The notes below the pieces were generated by a model. The model saw only the letters and a list, made by a program, of their open reading frames with translations. It was not told the origin of the DNA and made no database searches. DNA of 63,464 nt, filler included, from Octopus bimaculoides (Eukaryota), in NCBI RefSeq assembly GCF_001194135.2. It is 7 parts of 7 records of this genome, joined end to end, with 100 filler letters (N's around TTAATTAATTAA, not from the genome) between each part and the next. Parts side by side here need not be neighbours in the genome. Positions count along the whole stretch, not along the records: positions 20,626 to 42,498 come from NC_068989.1; 6 more parts are not named here. The stretch is one strand, 5' to 3'. The translations under genes and the position numbers were made by a program. Shown here piece after piece: positions 24,641 to 35,899 of this stretch; position 1 is the first letter of the stretch, and each line of letters starts with the position of its first letter.

Positions 24641-25197
24641 AAGGCACATACATACATACATACATACATACATACATACATACATACATACGTACGTACG
24701 TACGTACTTACATACATACATACATACACACATGCATGCATACATACATACACATATAAACTAATATATTATATAATTACAATATTATATCAAAATGCAT
24801 ACTGAATAGTATTTCTCTTTTATAATAGCATGACGTTTATCTATTTAAAGAGAGAAATACAGTTAATATGGCATATTTATTGACCTCGATAGGGCGGATG
24901 TTGTTCCCATAAGGAGCTGAAAAGATAAGATATCGTGTAACTAAATTAACGTTGGGTATTTAATCTAGCACACTACCATTTCTGCCACCCCTGTGCCCTG
25001 CTCCGTCTGACTGTCTGTCTGTCCATCTCTCTCTTTCTCTATCTCTCAATAATAGACATTTATCTGCAATCATTGGAAGCATTACGGCTGACCCTTTGTG
25101 TTCACGTTATCATTCTACCGAACAGAAGCCTTGATAGTTCCTATTCGGTCAATGCAATGATTCTGTGTCGCTTAACTTCAACCAGTATTGTTTATCT

Positions 25198-25728
25198 CGG
25201 TGGTTTTCAACCGGGATCCATATGGCTCCTGAGAGTCCATGGAAGATTTTGTGGGGTCCACGCAACAAAATATCAAATTGAGGATCCACAATAGTATTTT
25301 AAGGACCTTTGAGAAAATTTTGCTTTGGTATATATCGCAAGAAACAACTAGGCTTCTTCCAACATTTTACATTGTTCAACCTACAAAAGTTAATGTGTGA
25401 AAAATAAAATAGGAATTTTGAAAGATATTGTTATATTTCGTAATGGTAATTTTGGGGGTTTTTTTTTATCTAAATAAACACATGCGCTATATATTCGTTC
25501 TTCACTCGTTTATTATTGTTCTTATTTTATCTTAAGTCCATTGTCTGGAAATCTTTCGTCACACATCTGTGACCTCTTCAGCAACCCTTTCCATCCACGT
25601 GTATCCTCCTGCTCTGCCTAGTCCATTCTGTCCTATGATGTGTATCCTTAACTGTGTGTGTGTGTGTGTGTATGTGTGTACGTGCGTGTCTGTGTTTTGC
25701 ATGTATGTTTGTGTGTGTGTGTGTGTGT

Positions 25729-25803
<75 letters not shown>

Positions 25804-26007
25804 AGTGTAGGGGTGCTTACCCACTACACCGTACTTTTTATATAGTTGTTGTTAGCGTTATTGTTGTTGTTCTTAGTGGTACCAATTTTGAAAGAAATTT
25901 CTGTAACACTAGTTTTTAATCATCGAATGTCTATGGAGGTCCACTACAAAAAAAAATAGTAATAAAAGGGGTTCATAGATAAAAAAAAAAAATGTTGAAA
26001 ACCGCTG
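25198..26007. mobile_element. hAT (Charlie-like) non-autonomous element/MITE with 8-bp TSD
   Basis: TIRs CGGTGGTTTTCAACC (25198-25212) and TGTTGAAAACCGCTG (25993-26007), 12/15 match. Perfect TSD GTTTATCT at 25190-25197 and 26008-26015. Contains an internal (GT)n tract. Confidence 0.85.
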
Positions 26008-26559
26008 GTTTATCTGCATATAGGTCCACAGAGTAGGTATTTAGTAGCTGAGTATAAGTCCTATATAATACGTACAACTAGTGACTGAATTTTTAAGAAC
26101 TCTGAATAAATAACGTTTATTTCCTCAGTTTTATATTTAGTTCAAATTCACCTGCGGATACCAGACAGTGGCAAGTAGCCACTTCAGTTTTCACTTCCTT
26201 GAAAATATGAAAATAAGCCGTCTGTAAACGTTTGTTTAGTTGCCTTACTTCATCATCGTAAGACATAATCTAACATTAAATGTTAAGTCATTTTTTTTTG
26301 TTGTTTTTAAATGATAAATTTGAATGTCACCGAACTCAAGTTTGATTTCATATGATTTACTGGATAACACTGGTGGTGTGGAGAGGGGAGGCTGGTATTC
26401 ATGGGCGACTGCTGGTCTTCCATAAACATCATTGCCCGGACTTGTGCCTGGGAGGGTAACTTTCTAGGTGCAATCCCATGGTCATTCATGACCGAAGGGG
26501 GTCTCAGCAATAAGTGATGCAATTATCACTAAATTATTGATAAAGCAAGACGCTTTATT

Positions 26560-26780
26560 TCACATTACTCCAGTTTCACTCAGCTGGCAAAAATGAGTAG
26601 TACCTGTATTTCAAAGAGCCAGTATTGTCACACTCTGTGTCATGCTGAAGCTTCCTGAGAATTACATTAAGGATACACGTGTCTGTGGAGTGCTCAGCCA
26701 CTTGCACGATAATTTCATGAGCAGACTGTTCCATCGGATCAACTGGAACCCTCGTCATCGTAAGCGACGGAGTGACAGTA
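26560..26780 (+). mobile_element. SINE family C, 3' part
   Basis: GGATACACGTGTCTGTGGAGTGCTCAGCCACTTGCAC...CGTAAGCGACGGAGTG. Confidence 0.8.
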
Positions 26781-27166
26781 AAAAAAGATTAGTGATGTAC
26801 AATGTGATCGACACTCAGCTTTTTAGCAATCCACAGAGAGTTTTATGCCTTACTGTGTTGTTTTGGGGTCTCTGAAGTTTTTCATGTGAATTTTGTGAAC
26901 TTTCTAATCAAAAAGATGTCGAGTATAGGCGCAGTTTTCTTAGGACTCTGTAAATCTAACAGAGTCACGCATAATCATACCAGTCAGGCAACTAAACACA
27001 TGAATCTTTTTGTTTGAATCAACATCGCAGTTTCTCACGTGTTGCGTTGTCTTCCATTGTTGTATTTAATAACATTTATACTGTTTTTCTCCTTTCTCTT
27101 TTCTTAGAATTGTGATAAATTTAAAGAAGTTTTATTGTGGTTTTATAAAATAGGATATCCGTTTAC

Positions 27167-27552
27167 GAGTGGAGGCGCAATGGCCCAGTGTTTAGGGCAG
27201 CGGACTCGCGGTCATAGGATCGCGGTTTCGATTCCCAGACCGAGTGTTGTGAGTGTTTATTGAGCAAAAACACCTAAAGCACCACGAGGCTCCGGCAGTG
27301 GATGGTGGCGAACCCTGCTGTACTCTTTCACCACAACTTTCTCTCACTCTTTCTTCCTGTTTCTGTTGTGCCTGTAATTCAAAGGGTCAGCCTTGTCCCA
27401 CTGTGTCACGCTAAATATCCCCGAGAACTACGTTAAGGGTACGCGTGTCTGTGGAGTGCTCAGCCACTTGCACATTAATTTCACGATTAGGCTGTTCCGT
27501 TGATTGGATCAACTGGAACCCTCGACGTCGTAAGCGACGGAGTGCCAACAAC
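27167..27552 (+). mobile_element. SINE family C, full length with 10-bp TSD
   Basis: tRNA-like head GGCGCAATGGCCCAGTG...GGTTTCGATTCC, (CAA) tail, and TSD ATCCGTTTAC at 27157-27166 and 27553-27562. Confidence 0.92.
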
Positions 27553-28094
27553 ATCCGTTTACAAACGATAGCCCAACAACCTTTCATTTCTTTAGCCTAC
27601 AAGATTTTATATAGTTTCTGTCTTGCATATATTCTGTCAGAATTTATTTTATAAATTTTCCTCAAATTTCCAACACTTTTCTATAATTGACACATTCCTA
27701 AATTCTATATTAATCGATATTCGAATGGTATAATCACAATTAAAGCAATGTTTTTTCTTAAATTACTATTACATAACTGTTCTAGGATAACTAAACTCTT
27801 TAGCAGAGTCACAGAAGTACAAATCTTTGCAAATATCATTTTGTATGCTTCTATAGTCAAAGCACTGGATTTTTTTCTTTCACTGACTTTAACCTTTTGT
27901 ACTCGGGTTTATTACAAATGCCATTACCACGGCTTCCAGTTAACTGATCGATGATCTTTAATCAATAGAAGAAAGCAGGCTGATGTTTGTAACCCTTCCA
28001 AATCAAGGGTTATTGTAAATAACAAGATACTTGTGGATAACCAGATATTGTAAATAACCAGATAATTGTAATGGACAACGTAAAGGTATTCCCG

Positions 28095-28305
28095 GACGGC
28101 GAGCTCCCTGAGTCGTTAGCACATCAGACAAGATGTTTAGCGTCATTTCTTCCGGCACTTTACATCTTGAGCTCAAATACTGCCGAGATCAGCTTTGCCT
28201 TTAATTCTTTCGGGATCAATAAAGTAAATAGCAGCCAGGTTATGGCGTAGATGTAATCGACTAACCTCCTCTCCTACAATTTCTAGCCTTTATGCCAAAA
28301 TTTGA
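28095..28305 (+). mobile_element. Diverged SINE family B
   Basis: GACGGCGAGCT...GAGCTCAAATACTGCCGAGATCAGCTTTGCCTTT...ATGTAATCGACT. Confidence 0.7.
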
Positions 28306-28327
28306 AACAATATACATACATACATAC

Positions 28328-28608
28328 AGTTCTATATTTAAGAGATGAGGAATTATGTACATTATTTACATTTGACGGATATTTGTCCTCATCTTGTCTG
28401 TTGTTAACACAATGTTTCGGCTGATATACCCTCCAGCCTTCATCAGGTGTCTTGGGGAAATTTCGAACCTGGGTTATCATTCCTAAGGTATTTTTCGATG
28501 TTGTTGTTGTTATTATTATTATTATTATTATTTTATTAATATTCAGGTCACTGCCAGGAATCGAACTCGGAATCTTGGGGTTATTAGCCCGCGTTCTTAA
28601 CCACTACG
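28328..28608 (-). mobile_element. tRNA-headed SINE family D with an internal hammerhead-like motif (28406-28451)
   Basis: Minus strand: head CGTAGTGGTTAAG...GAGTTCGATTCC, (AAT)n(AAC)n linker, then GACAC-CTGATGA-A-GGCTG-10nt-CAGCC-GAAACATT-GTGTT. Confidence 0.75.
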
Positions 28609-28808
28609 TAAATACTATGTATTTAGTTGCCTGACTAGTATGATTATGCGTGCCTCTCTTAGATTTACAGTCCTAAGAAAATTGATGGTTATTTTTATGA
28701 TAGAATACATGCAAGACAGAAACTAAATAAAATCTGTCTTGTAGGCTAAAGAAGTGAAAGGTTGTTAGGCTATCGTTTGTAAACGGATATCCTATTTTAT
28801 AAAACCAC

Positions 28809-28879
28809 GGGCATATGGCGTAGTGGTTAAGAGCGCGGGCTACTAACCCCAAGATTCCAAGTTCGATTCCAGGCAGTGA
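28809..28879 (+). mobile_element. Isolated tRNA-like head of SINE family D
   Basis: GGGCATATGGCGTAGTGGTTAAG...AAGTTCGATTCC has A/B boxes but no acceptor stem. It is an inverted copy of 28548-28608. Confidence 0.75.
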
Positions 28880-29083
28880 TATAGAAAGGGATGTAATTAA
28901 ATTCTCGTAAATCGATCAGTTTGATCCGAGTAATTGGGATTTACGAGATGTACTGTGACAGTACATCTGTCAGATGGGACCTTGATGACTGCCATGAGGC
29001 AGGAAAGTATACTAGTCCTTATATATTTAATACTCTATATTTAATACTCAATATTTCATATATTCAATAAGACATTCAATACT

Positions 29084-29195
29084 TCATTTCATTTTACTAT
29101 TTATATTATATATTCCATATTCTATATTCCACATTAATTTTATAAGAATATAAATAAAACATAAAAAACAGAGTTGGAACTCTTTTAAATAATAT
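29084..29195 (+). repeat. Dispersed AT-rich repeat, second copy at 39900-40022
   Basis: TATATTCCATATTCTAT...GAATATAAATAAAACATAAAAAACAG...GTTGGAACTCTTTTAA is shared by both loci. Confidence 0.7.
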
Positions 29196-30356
29196 ATATA
29201 TATATATATANNNNNNNNNNNNNNNNNNNNNNNNNNNNNNNNNNNNNNNNNNNNNNNNNNNNNNNNNNNNNNNNNNNNNNNNNNNNNNNNNNNNNNNNNN
29301 NNNNNNNNNNNNNNNNNNNNNNNNNNNNNNNNNNNNNNNNNNNNNNNNNNNNNNNNNNNNNNNNNNNNNNNNNNNNNNNNNNNNNNNNNNNNNNNNNNNN
29401 NNNNNNNNNNNNNNNNNNNNNNNNNNNNNNNNNNNNNNNNNNNNNNNNNNNNNNNNNNNNNNNNNNNNNNNNNNNNNNNNNNNNNNNNNNNNNNNNNNNN
29501 NNNNNNNNNNNNNNNNNNNNNNNNNNNNNNNNNNNNNNNNNNNNNNNNNNNNNNNNNNNNNNNNNNNNNNNNNNNNNNNNNNNNNNNNNNNNNNNNNNNN
29601 NNNNNNNNNNNNNNNNNNNNNNNNNNNNNNNNNNNNNNNNNNNNNNNNNNNNNNNNNNNNNNNNNNNNNNNNNNNNNNNNNNNNNNNNNNNNNNNNNNNN
29701 NNNNNNNNNNNNNNNNNNNNNNNNNNNNNNNNNNNNNNNNNNNNNNNNNNNNNNNNNNNNNNNNNNNNNNNNNNNNNNNNNNNNNNNNNNNNNNNNNNNN
29801 NNNNNNNNNNNNNNNNNNNNNNNNNNNNNNNNNNNNNNNNNNNNNNNNNNNNNNNNNNNNNNNNNNNNNNNNNNNNNNNNNNNNNNNNNNNNNNNNNNNN
29901 NNNNNNNNNNNNNNNNNNNNNNNNNNNNNNNNNNNNNNNNNNNNNNNNNNNNNNNNNNNNNNNNNNNNNNNNNNNNNNNNNNNNNNNNNNNNNNNNNNNN
30001 NNNNNNNNNNNNNNNNNNNNNNNNNNNNNNNNNNNNNNNNNNNNNNNNNNNNNNNNNNNNNNNNNNNNNNNNNNNNNNNNNNNNNNNNNNNNNNNNNNNN
30101 NNNNNNNNNNNNNNNNNNNNNNNNNNNNNNNNNNNNNNNNNNNNNNNNNNNNNNNNNNNNNNNNNNNNNNNNNNNNNNNNNNNNNNNNNNNNNNNNNNNN
30201 NNATATATATATATATATATATAATATATATAGGTAAATGGAGGAGTAACTGACTGTCGTGTACAACACGGAATAATTTTGTGTGTGTCTGTGTGTGTGT
30301 ATGTTGATAAGTGTGTACATTCATACATACACACATACATATAAGTATATATATTC

Positions 30357-30609
30357 GCTTACTCTTTTGCTTGTTTCAGTCATCTTGACTGCGGTCATGC
30401 TGGAGCACCGCCTTTTTGTCGAACAAATCGACCCAGGACTTATTCTTTGTAAGCCTAGTACTTATTCTATCAATTTCTTTTGCCGAACGGCTAATTTACG
30501 GGGGCGTAAACACACCAACATCGGTTGTCAAGCGATGGTGGGGGGGACAAACACAGACATACGAACACACACACACATATAGACTCACACACACATACAC
30601 ACACACACA

Positions 30610-30647
<38 letters not shown>

Positions 30648-30990
30648 GTTGAAATTTACAGAAAACCAAAAGATGAAAACAAATGTATAAACAACAAGCA
30701 GGTGTTTTAGTTTGACGCTCGGGAAGGTGAGGAAGTCTTCTACGTTTCGAGCCTACGCTCTTTAATAGAAAGGAACACGATGAAATAAACAGAGAGAGAA
30801 TAAAAAGGCAGAGAGAATAAAAAAAACAGAGAGAGGGCTTCTTTCAGTTTCCGTCTACCAAATCCATTCACAAGGTTTTGATCGGCCCGAGGCTATAGTA
30901 GAAGAGACTTGCCCAAGGTGCCACTCAGAGGGACTGAATCCGGAACCATGTGGTTGGTATGCAAGCTCCTTACCACACAGCCACTCCCGT
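30357..30990 (-). mobile_element. SINE family A split in its internal microsatellite by a family E element
   Basis: 3' half at 30357-30570, 5' half at 30836-30990, family E insert between them. Confidence 0.8.
30645..30830 (-). mobile_element. Penelope-like family E repeat with a degenerate hammerhead core (30735-30773)
   Basis: Minus strand CTTT-CTATTAA-A-GAGC-GTAG-GCTC-GAAACGTA-GAAG, homologous to 1800-1955. Confidence 0.6.
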
Positions 30991-31739
30991 ACATACATAT
31001 ACATACATGCATGCATACTTATAGACATACATCTACACACACTGGTTCTTGTGAATTCCAATTAGGCAGGAAAAGTATTCAGTAAATTAAGTGAGAGTGG
31101 AATAACATTATTTGTTCAAAAGTAAATCTGCGTGAATTGTTACTCAAAGATTTTTCTTTTTTGTTCTATTCTTGAAACGAGGAACGCTGTGGGTTTTGAC
31201 TCTTTCTTATAGACATAAAAAAAGGTTAAATTATCTTCAGGACAAATAACATTGAAAGTGGTGGCTTTCCGGTGAAATGATACTGATCATGGAACAATGA
31301 AAAACAACTTGGCGGGGAAAACCTAGTTACACACGTGCTCAGCTGACATTGTATGGAAGAATAATGAGACTAGGTTTAAAATTTAAAGTTATCTAAATTA
31401 AACTGTACTTAATTTAGATACAGTTGGGTAATGTCACTAGAACTTTGCTTTTGTTTCGAAGTCTGATTCTGTTGACATTCTGAATGAATGGAATTCTCTG
31501 AGCGGCGCCAAAAATAGCTCAGTCTGATACTGTAAAAGGAATTCTTTTTATAGAATTGTATTTAAAATAATGTTTTTTTTATTAATAAATTCTATAAATG
31601 TGAAGGTGAACTGAATATTTGTTTTATGACTCATAGACACACTTACAGAATTGCGTACATAAATATACATACATACATACATACATACATACATACGTAA
31701 GCTCAACACACACGCACATATATACATGTATGTATACTT

Positions 31740-32655
31740 TTGCCCTTTTATTTGTTTCAGTCATTTGACTGCGGCCATACTGGAGCACCGACTTTAGTCA
31801 AACAAACCGACCTTAACACTTATTCTTTGTAATCTTAGTACTTATTCTATCGGTTCTCTTTTGCCGAACCGCTAAGTTACGTGGACGTAAACACACCGAC
31901 ATCAGCTGTCAAGCGATGATGGGGGAACAAACGCAAGCATATATATAAGAGTGGCTGTGTAGTAAGTAACTTGCTTATCAAACCACATGGTCCCGGGTTC
32001 AGTCCCACTGCGTGGCACTTTGGGCAAGTGTCTTCTACTGTAGCCTACTATAGGCGCAGGAGTGGCTATGTCATAAGTAGCATGCTTACCAACCACATGG
32101 TGCCGGGTTCAGTCCCACTGCGTGGCACCTTGGGCAAGTGTGGTTCTACTATAGCTTCGGGCCGACCAAAGCTTTGTGAGTGGATTTGGCAGACGGAAAC
32201 TGCAAGCACCCCGTCGTATATATATGTGTGTGTGTGTGTGTCTCTCTCTGTCTGTCTGTCTGTCTGTCTGTGTGTCTGTTTGCCCTCCAACATCGCGCGA
32301 CAACCGATACTGGTGTGTTTACGTCCCTGTAACCTAGCGGTTCGGTAAAAAAAACATGGATAGAATAAGTACTAGGCTTACAAAGAATAAGCTCTGGGGT
32401 CGATTTGCTCGACAAAAGGCGGTGCTCCAGTATGGCCGTAGTCAATGACTGAAACAAGTAAAAGATATATATATATAAATATATATATACACGACGGGCT
32501 TTTTCTAGATTTCCGTCTATCAAATCCACTGACAAGGCTTTGCTCGGCCCGATGCTATAGTAGAAGACACTTGCCCAAAGTGCCAAGCAGTGAGACTGAA
32601 CCCACAACCATGTGGTTGGGAAGCAAGTTACTTACCACACAGCCGCTCTTGCGCC
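31740..32655. mobile_element. Nested cluster of SINE family A copies
   Basis: Minus-strand 3' half (31740-31935), extra plus-strand head (31949-32046), full plus-strand copy (about 32057-32463), minus-strand 5' half (32490-32655). Confidence 0.85.
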
Positions 32656-33059
32656 TATGTATGTATGATAGGAAGGACAACAAAAGAAAGAAAGAGACCT
32701 CGATATTATGTAAATAGAGTTAATGTTTTGTATTTTTTCCACACATATTTTTGTTTTCTCATCTCCACCCTGTTTTTTTCCCGTGCGTCTATAGACACGT
32801 ACATGGAACCGTATGTGCGCGCTTGTGAGTGTGTGCGGGTACGTGCGTATATAAATATATGTGCGTGCATGCGAAAATATACGCAATTGAGACACGTTTT
32901 TAACCTTATAGCTTTCCCACACTGTTTCTTGTTTTTAACCCTATAAAGTTAAAAAAAAAAATTTTTTTGCGTGCGGGTGTATGGGTGCGGGTTTGTTGTG
33001 TGCGTGTGAGTGTGAATGTGTATGCATGTATATATATGCACATGTACATATATGTATAG

Positions 33060-33400
33060 TTTTGGGCGAGTATGTGGGTGAGCATGTGTGTGTTTAAAGC
33101 GAGGGTGTTTTTAGTATATGAATATAGTCGAATGTTACGGATTGGTGCGCTTACGCGAACCTATAGACTTCTCTACTCCCTTACTCTTATCCCCTTACTT
33201 AGCGATCTATTAGCTCTTTTGTCTTTTGTCTTAATGACGGTCACCACACAGTAATTTCCCCTTGTTTGACGGTCATTTTTCACAGGAATTTTCAATGGCC
33301 GGATAACTGAAGAGATGTTGGCGTGGGCCCCCACCCCGGTATCCGAAACTCGGAGTATTATCATGGCTACTGAATAAGTGTCATATATTTTTACAGATAT
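33060..33400 (+). mobile_element. Penelope-like/retrozyme-like repeat (family G) carrying a hammerhead motif
   Basis: CpG-rich segment ending in TGAATAAGTGTCATATATTTTTACAG-(AT)n and containing the motif at 33302-33362. Family assignment is inferred from the ribozyme motif. Confidence 0.5.
33302..33362 (+). ncRNA. Type I hammerhead ribozyme motif
   Basis: GATAA / CTGAAGA / 31-nt stem II / GAAA / CTCGGAGT / A / TTATC. Stem I is a perfect 5-bp helix, the core is intact, and the GUA cleavage triplet ends at 33357. Confidence 0.75.
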
Positions 33401-34734
33401 ATATATANNNNNNNNNNNNNNNNNNNNNNNNNNNNNNNNNNNNNNNNNNNNNNNNNNNNNNNNNNNNNNNNNNNNNNNNNNNNNNNNNNNNNNNNNNNNN
33501 NNNNNNNCCTTGGAAAAAAGCAGCGAATGTATACGAAAACAAGGACGGAAAAAACCCAAAGTCAGGAACTTTTTATCTCCCCCATGTGATTTTCCTGAGC
33601 ACAAAGATTGAACACAGTAATTTGAAATACCAGTTAGCATCGCAAAAGGCTTCTGAGATGAGATGAAAACTTCTTGGCTCTTATGTCCATTTATGGTCAC
33701 ACAGGTGTCTCACTTTTCTGAAACTACAACAGTGGTCTGAACATCTTTGTAGCTCTGTTGAAAAAACATACAAATGAGGCGTTTTACAAATGCATTAGTT
33801 TATTCTGCATATTTTCTTATATAAATACAACACCGATTTTTTAGACATTGAAGATCTAAGAACATCTTGTAACACTGTGTAACACGATTTTTGTCCTTCG
33901 GTAGCAACTGTTATTTCTTACTTGCTTGCTCCTAGAAAGTATGAAAATGATTAATATTTCCTTCAACCTTTGGTTTTGCTACATTTATTCAAATCCTAAA
34001 GAATCCCTCTCAACACATGGCTATGATGTTCCACTACTACTCTTGATCATGATCAGAAATGCACATATTGTCAGTCATTGAGAGACATGCTCAAGTGGTT
34101 AATGTCAAGCAACTGACAAGCAAATCTGGGGTACTGAGCAGAATATTTGCTATAACGATATTTCTGCTTCAGCAATGTAGCGCTGAATCTGTCTGAAATA
34201 TAATGAAAAATAGCTGTTTCAAAACATTGACGTTCAGGTCACAGAAGCAAAGTTCAAAGGGAATAGTAGTAATTTCTTTTGATCTCTAGATAGATGGAAA
34301 TAGAAAAAAAACACTTGCTGACCAAGACAAAAAAATACAAAATAAAAATGCTCTTACACATTGTTACCCACACTAATTTATGAGCAGGAACAAGAAATTG
34401 TCGCGGCCGCCAGGCCAGTTTACTCGCACCTTGCCAAACTAGTACCTTACACAGTACAGTATTAATAAACTTGTATCATTTATACTAATGTACAGGTACC
34501 TGTATTTTATTCAATTATTTAAGTAAATTATTTAAGTATGTTGACGAGACTCGGGGAAGTCTGGGAAGGCTTTGATACCAAAGGCTCCGGAAAATCGATG
34601 TATTTCTACTATCGTTGTATCTGTACTATCATCATAGCCTGCATGTACCTCTTTTTAGATATTTATGTGAACTAGTGCACCACATATGTATTTTTTAATG
34701 GAAATTCATAAAGAAATCGAAAACTTCTTTTATA

Positions 34735-34935
34735 TTTTACTTGCTTCAGTCGTTAGACTGCGGCCATGCTGGGGCACCACCTTGAAGAATTTTAGTCGAA
34801 CTTTTCGACCCCAGAACTTTTTTTTTTTTGTAAAGCCTCGCACTTATTCTATCGGTTTGTTTTGCTGAAACGCTGGTTCACGGAATTGTAAACTCACCAA
34901 CACCAGTTGTCAAGCGATGGTGGGGGACAAACACA
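34735..34935 (-). mobile_element. SINE family A, 3' half
   Basis: TTTTACTTGCTTCAGTC...CGGCCATGCTGGGGCACC...TCAAGCGATGGTGGGGGACAAACAC. Confidence 0.8.
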
Positions 34936-35899
34936 TACACGAAGACACACACACACTCCCTACTCGATATATATGCTCAAAACCCTTCTGATAATCCATA
35001 TGTATACGTATACACTAGCGCTTTCGGCCGGTTACGGTCGCTGTCAGTATGTATGTATGTATACAATTATGTGCGTTGACTGCAGCATCAGAGCGCTTTA
35101 GCTCTTATTTCTGGCATTGTAGGTGTTCTAACACTCTCAGTCATATTTAATGACAATTATAGTTTTCCTTTTTGGTAGTATAGTGCTAAACAGCTGCCTA
35201 CTTTTATATATATATATATATAAAAGCAATGTTAATTCTCTAAATGAGGTATTAACAGTAACTGCACGATAAAGTGAAGTATATTGCCACTTAAATGTGG
35301 CTGACCCCTAGGGGTGGATGTTACTGTTGCTTTTAGCCCCAGGAGGACATCTCCTCCAGCTGGCTTATCGACACACTTCTGTGTCCTGTTTGTTTTGCCA
35401 AGGGAAGTTATCCCTCTCATCGTGATCTGTAGCACGAACGGAACCGAGTTTCAGGGTNNNNNNNNNNNNNNNNNNNNNNNNNNNNNNNNNNNNNNNNNNN
35501 NNNNNNNNNNNNNNNNNNNNNNNNNNNNNNNNNNNNNNNNNNNNNNNNNNNNNNNNNNNNNNNNNNNNNNNNNNNNNNNNNNNNNNNNNNNNNNNNNNNN
35601 NNNNNNNNNNNNNNNNNNNNNNNNNNNNNNNNNNNNNNNNNNNNNNNNNNNNNNNNNNNNNNNNNNNNNNNNNNNNNNNNNNNNNNNNNNNNNNTATATA
35701 TATATATAAAAACAATATATGAGTATATGCATATATATGTACATGTATGTACATACCTTCATCTACATGTACATATAGATACATATCTGGGTACATGACG
35801 TTGCAAAAAAACATAGACAAAATGATAAACAAGGTACAAAAAACAAGCAGGCCACATAGAGAATATATCCTTCATCATATATATATATATATACACACA

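Noticed and set aside
27170-27240. tRNA genes at SINE heads (also 28809-28879, 42221-42290, 48260-48325)
   Set aside because: A/B boxes are present but there is no paired acceptor stem, and they continue into repeat bodies.
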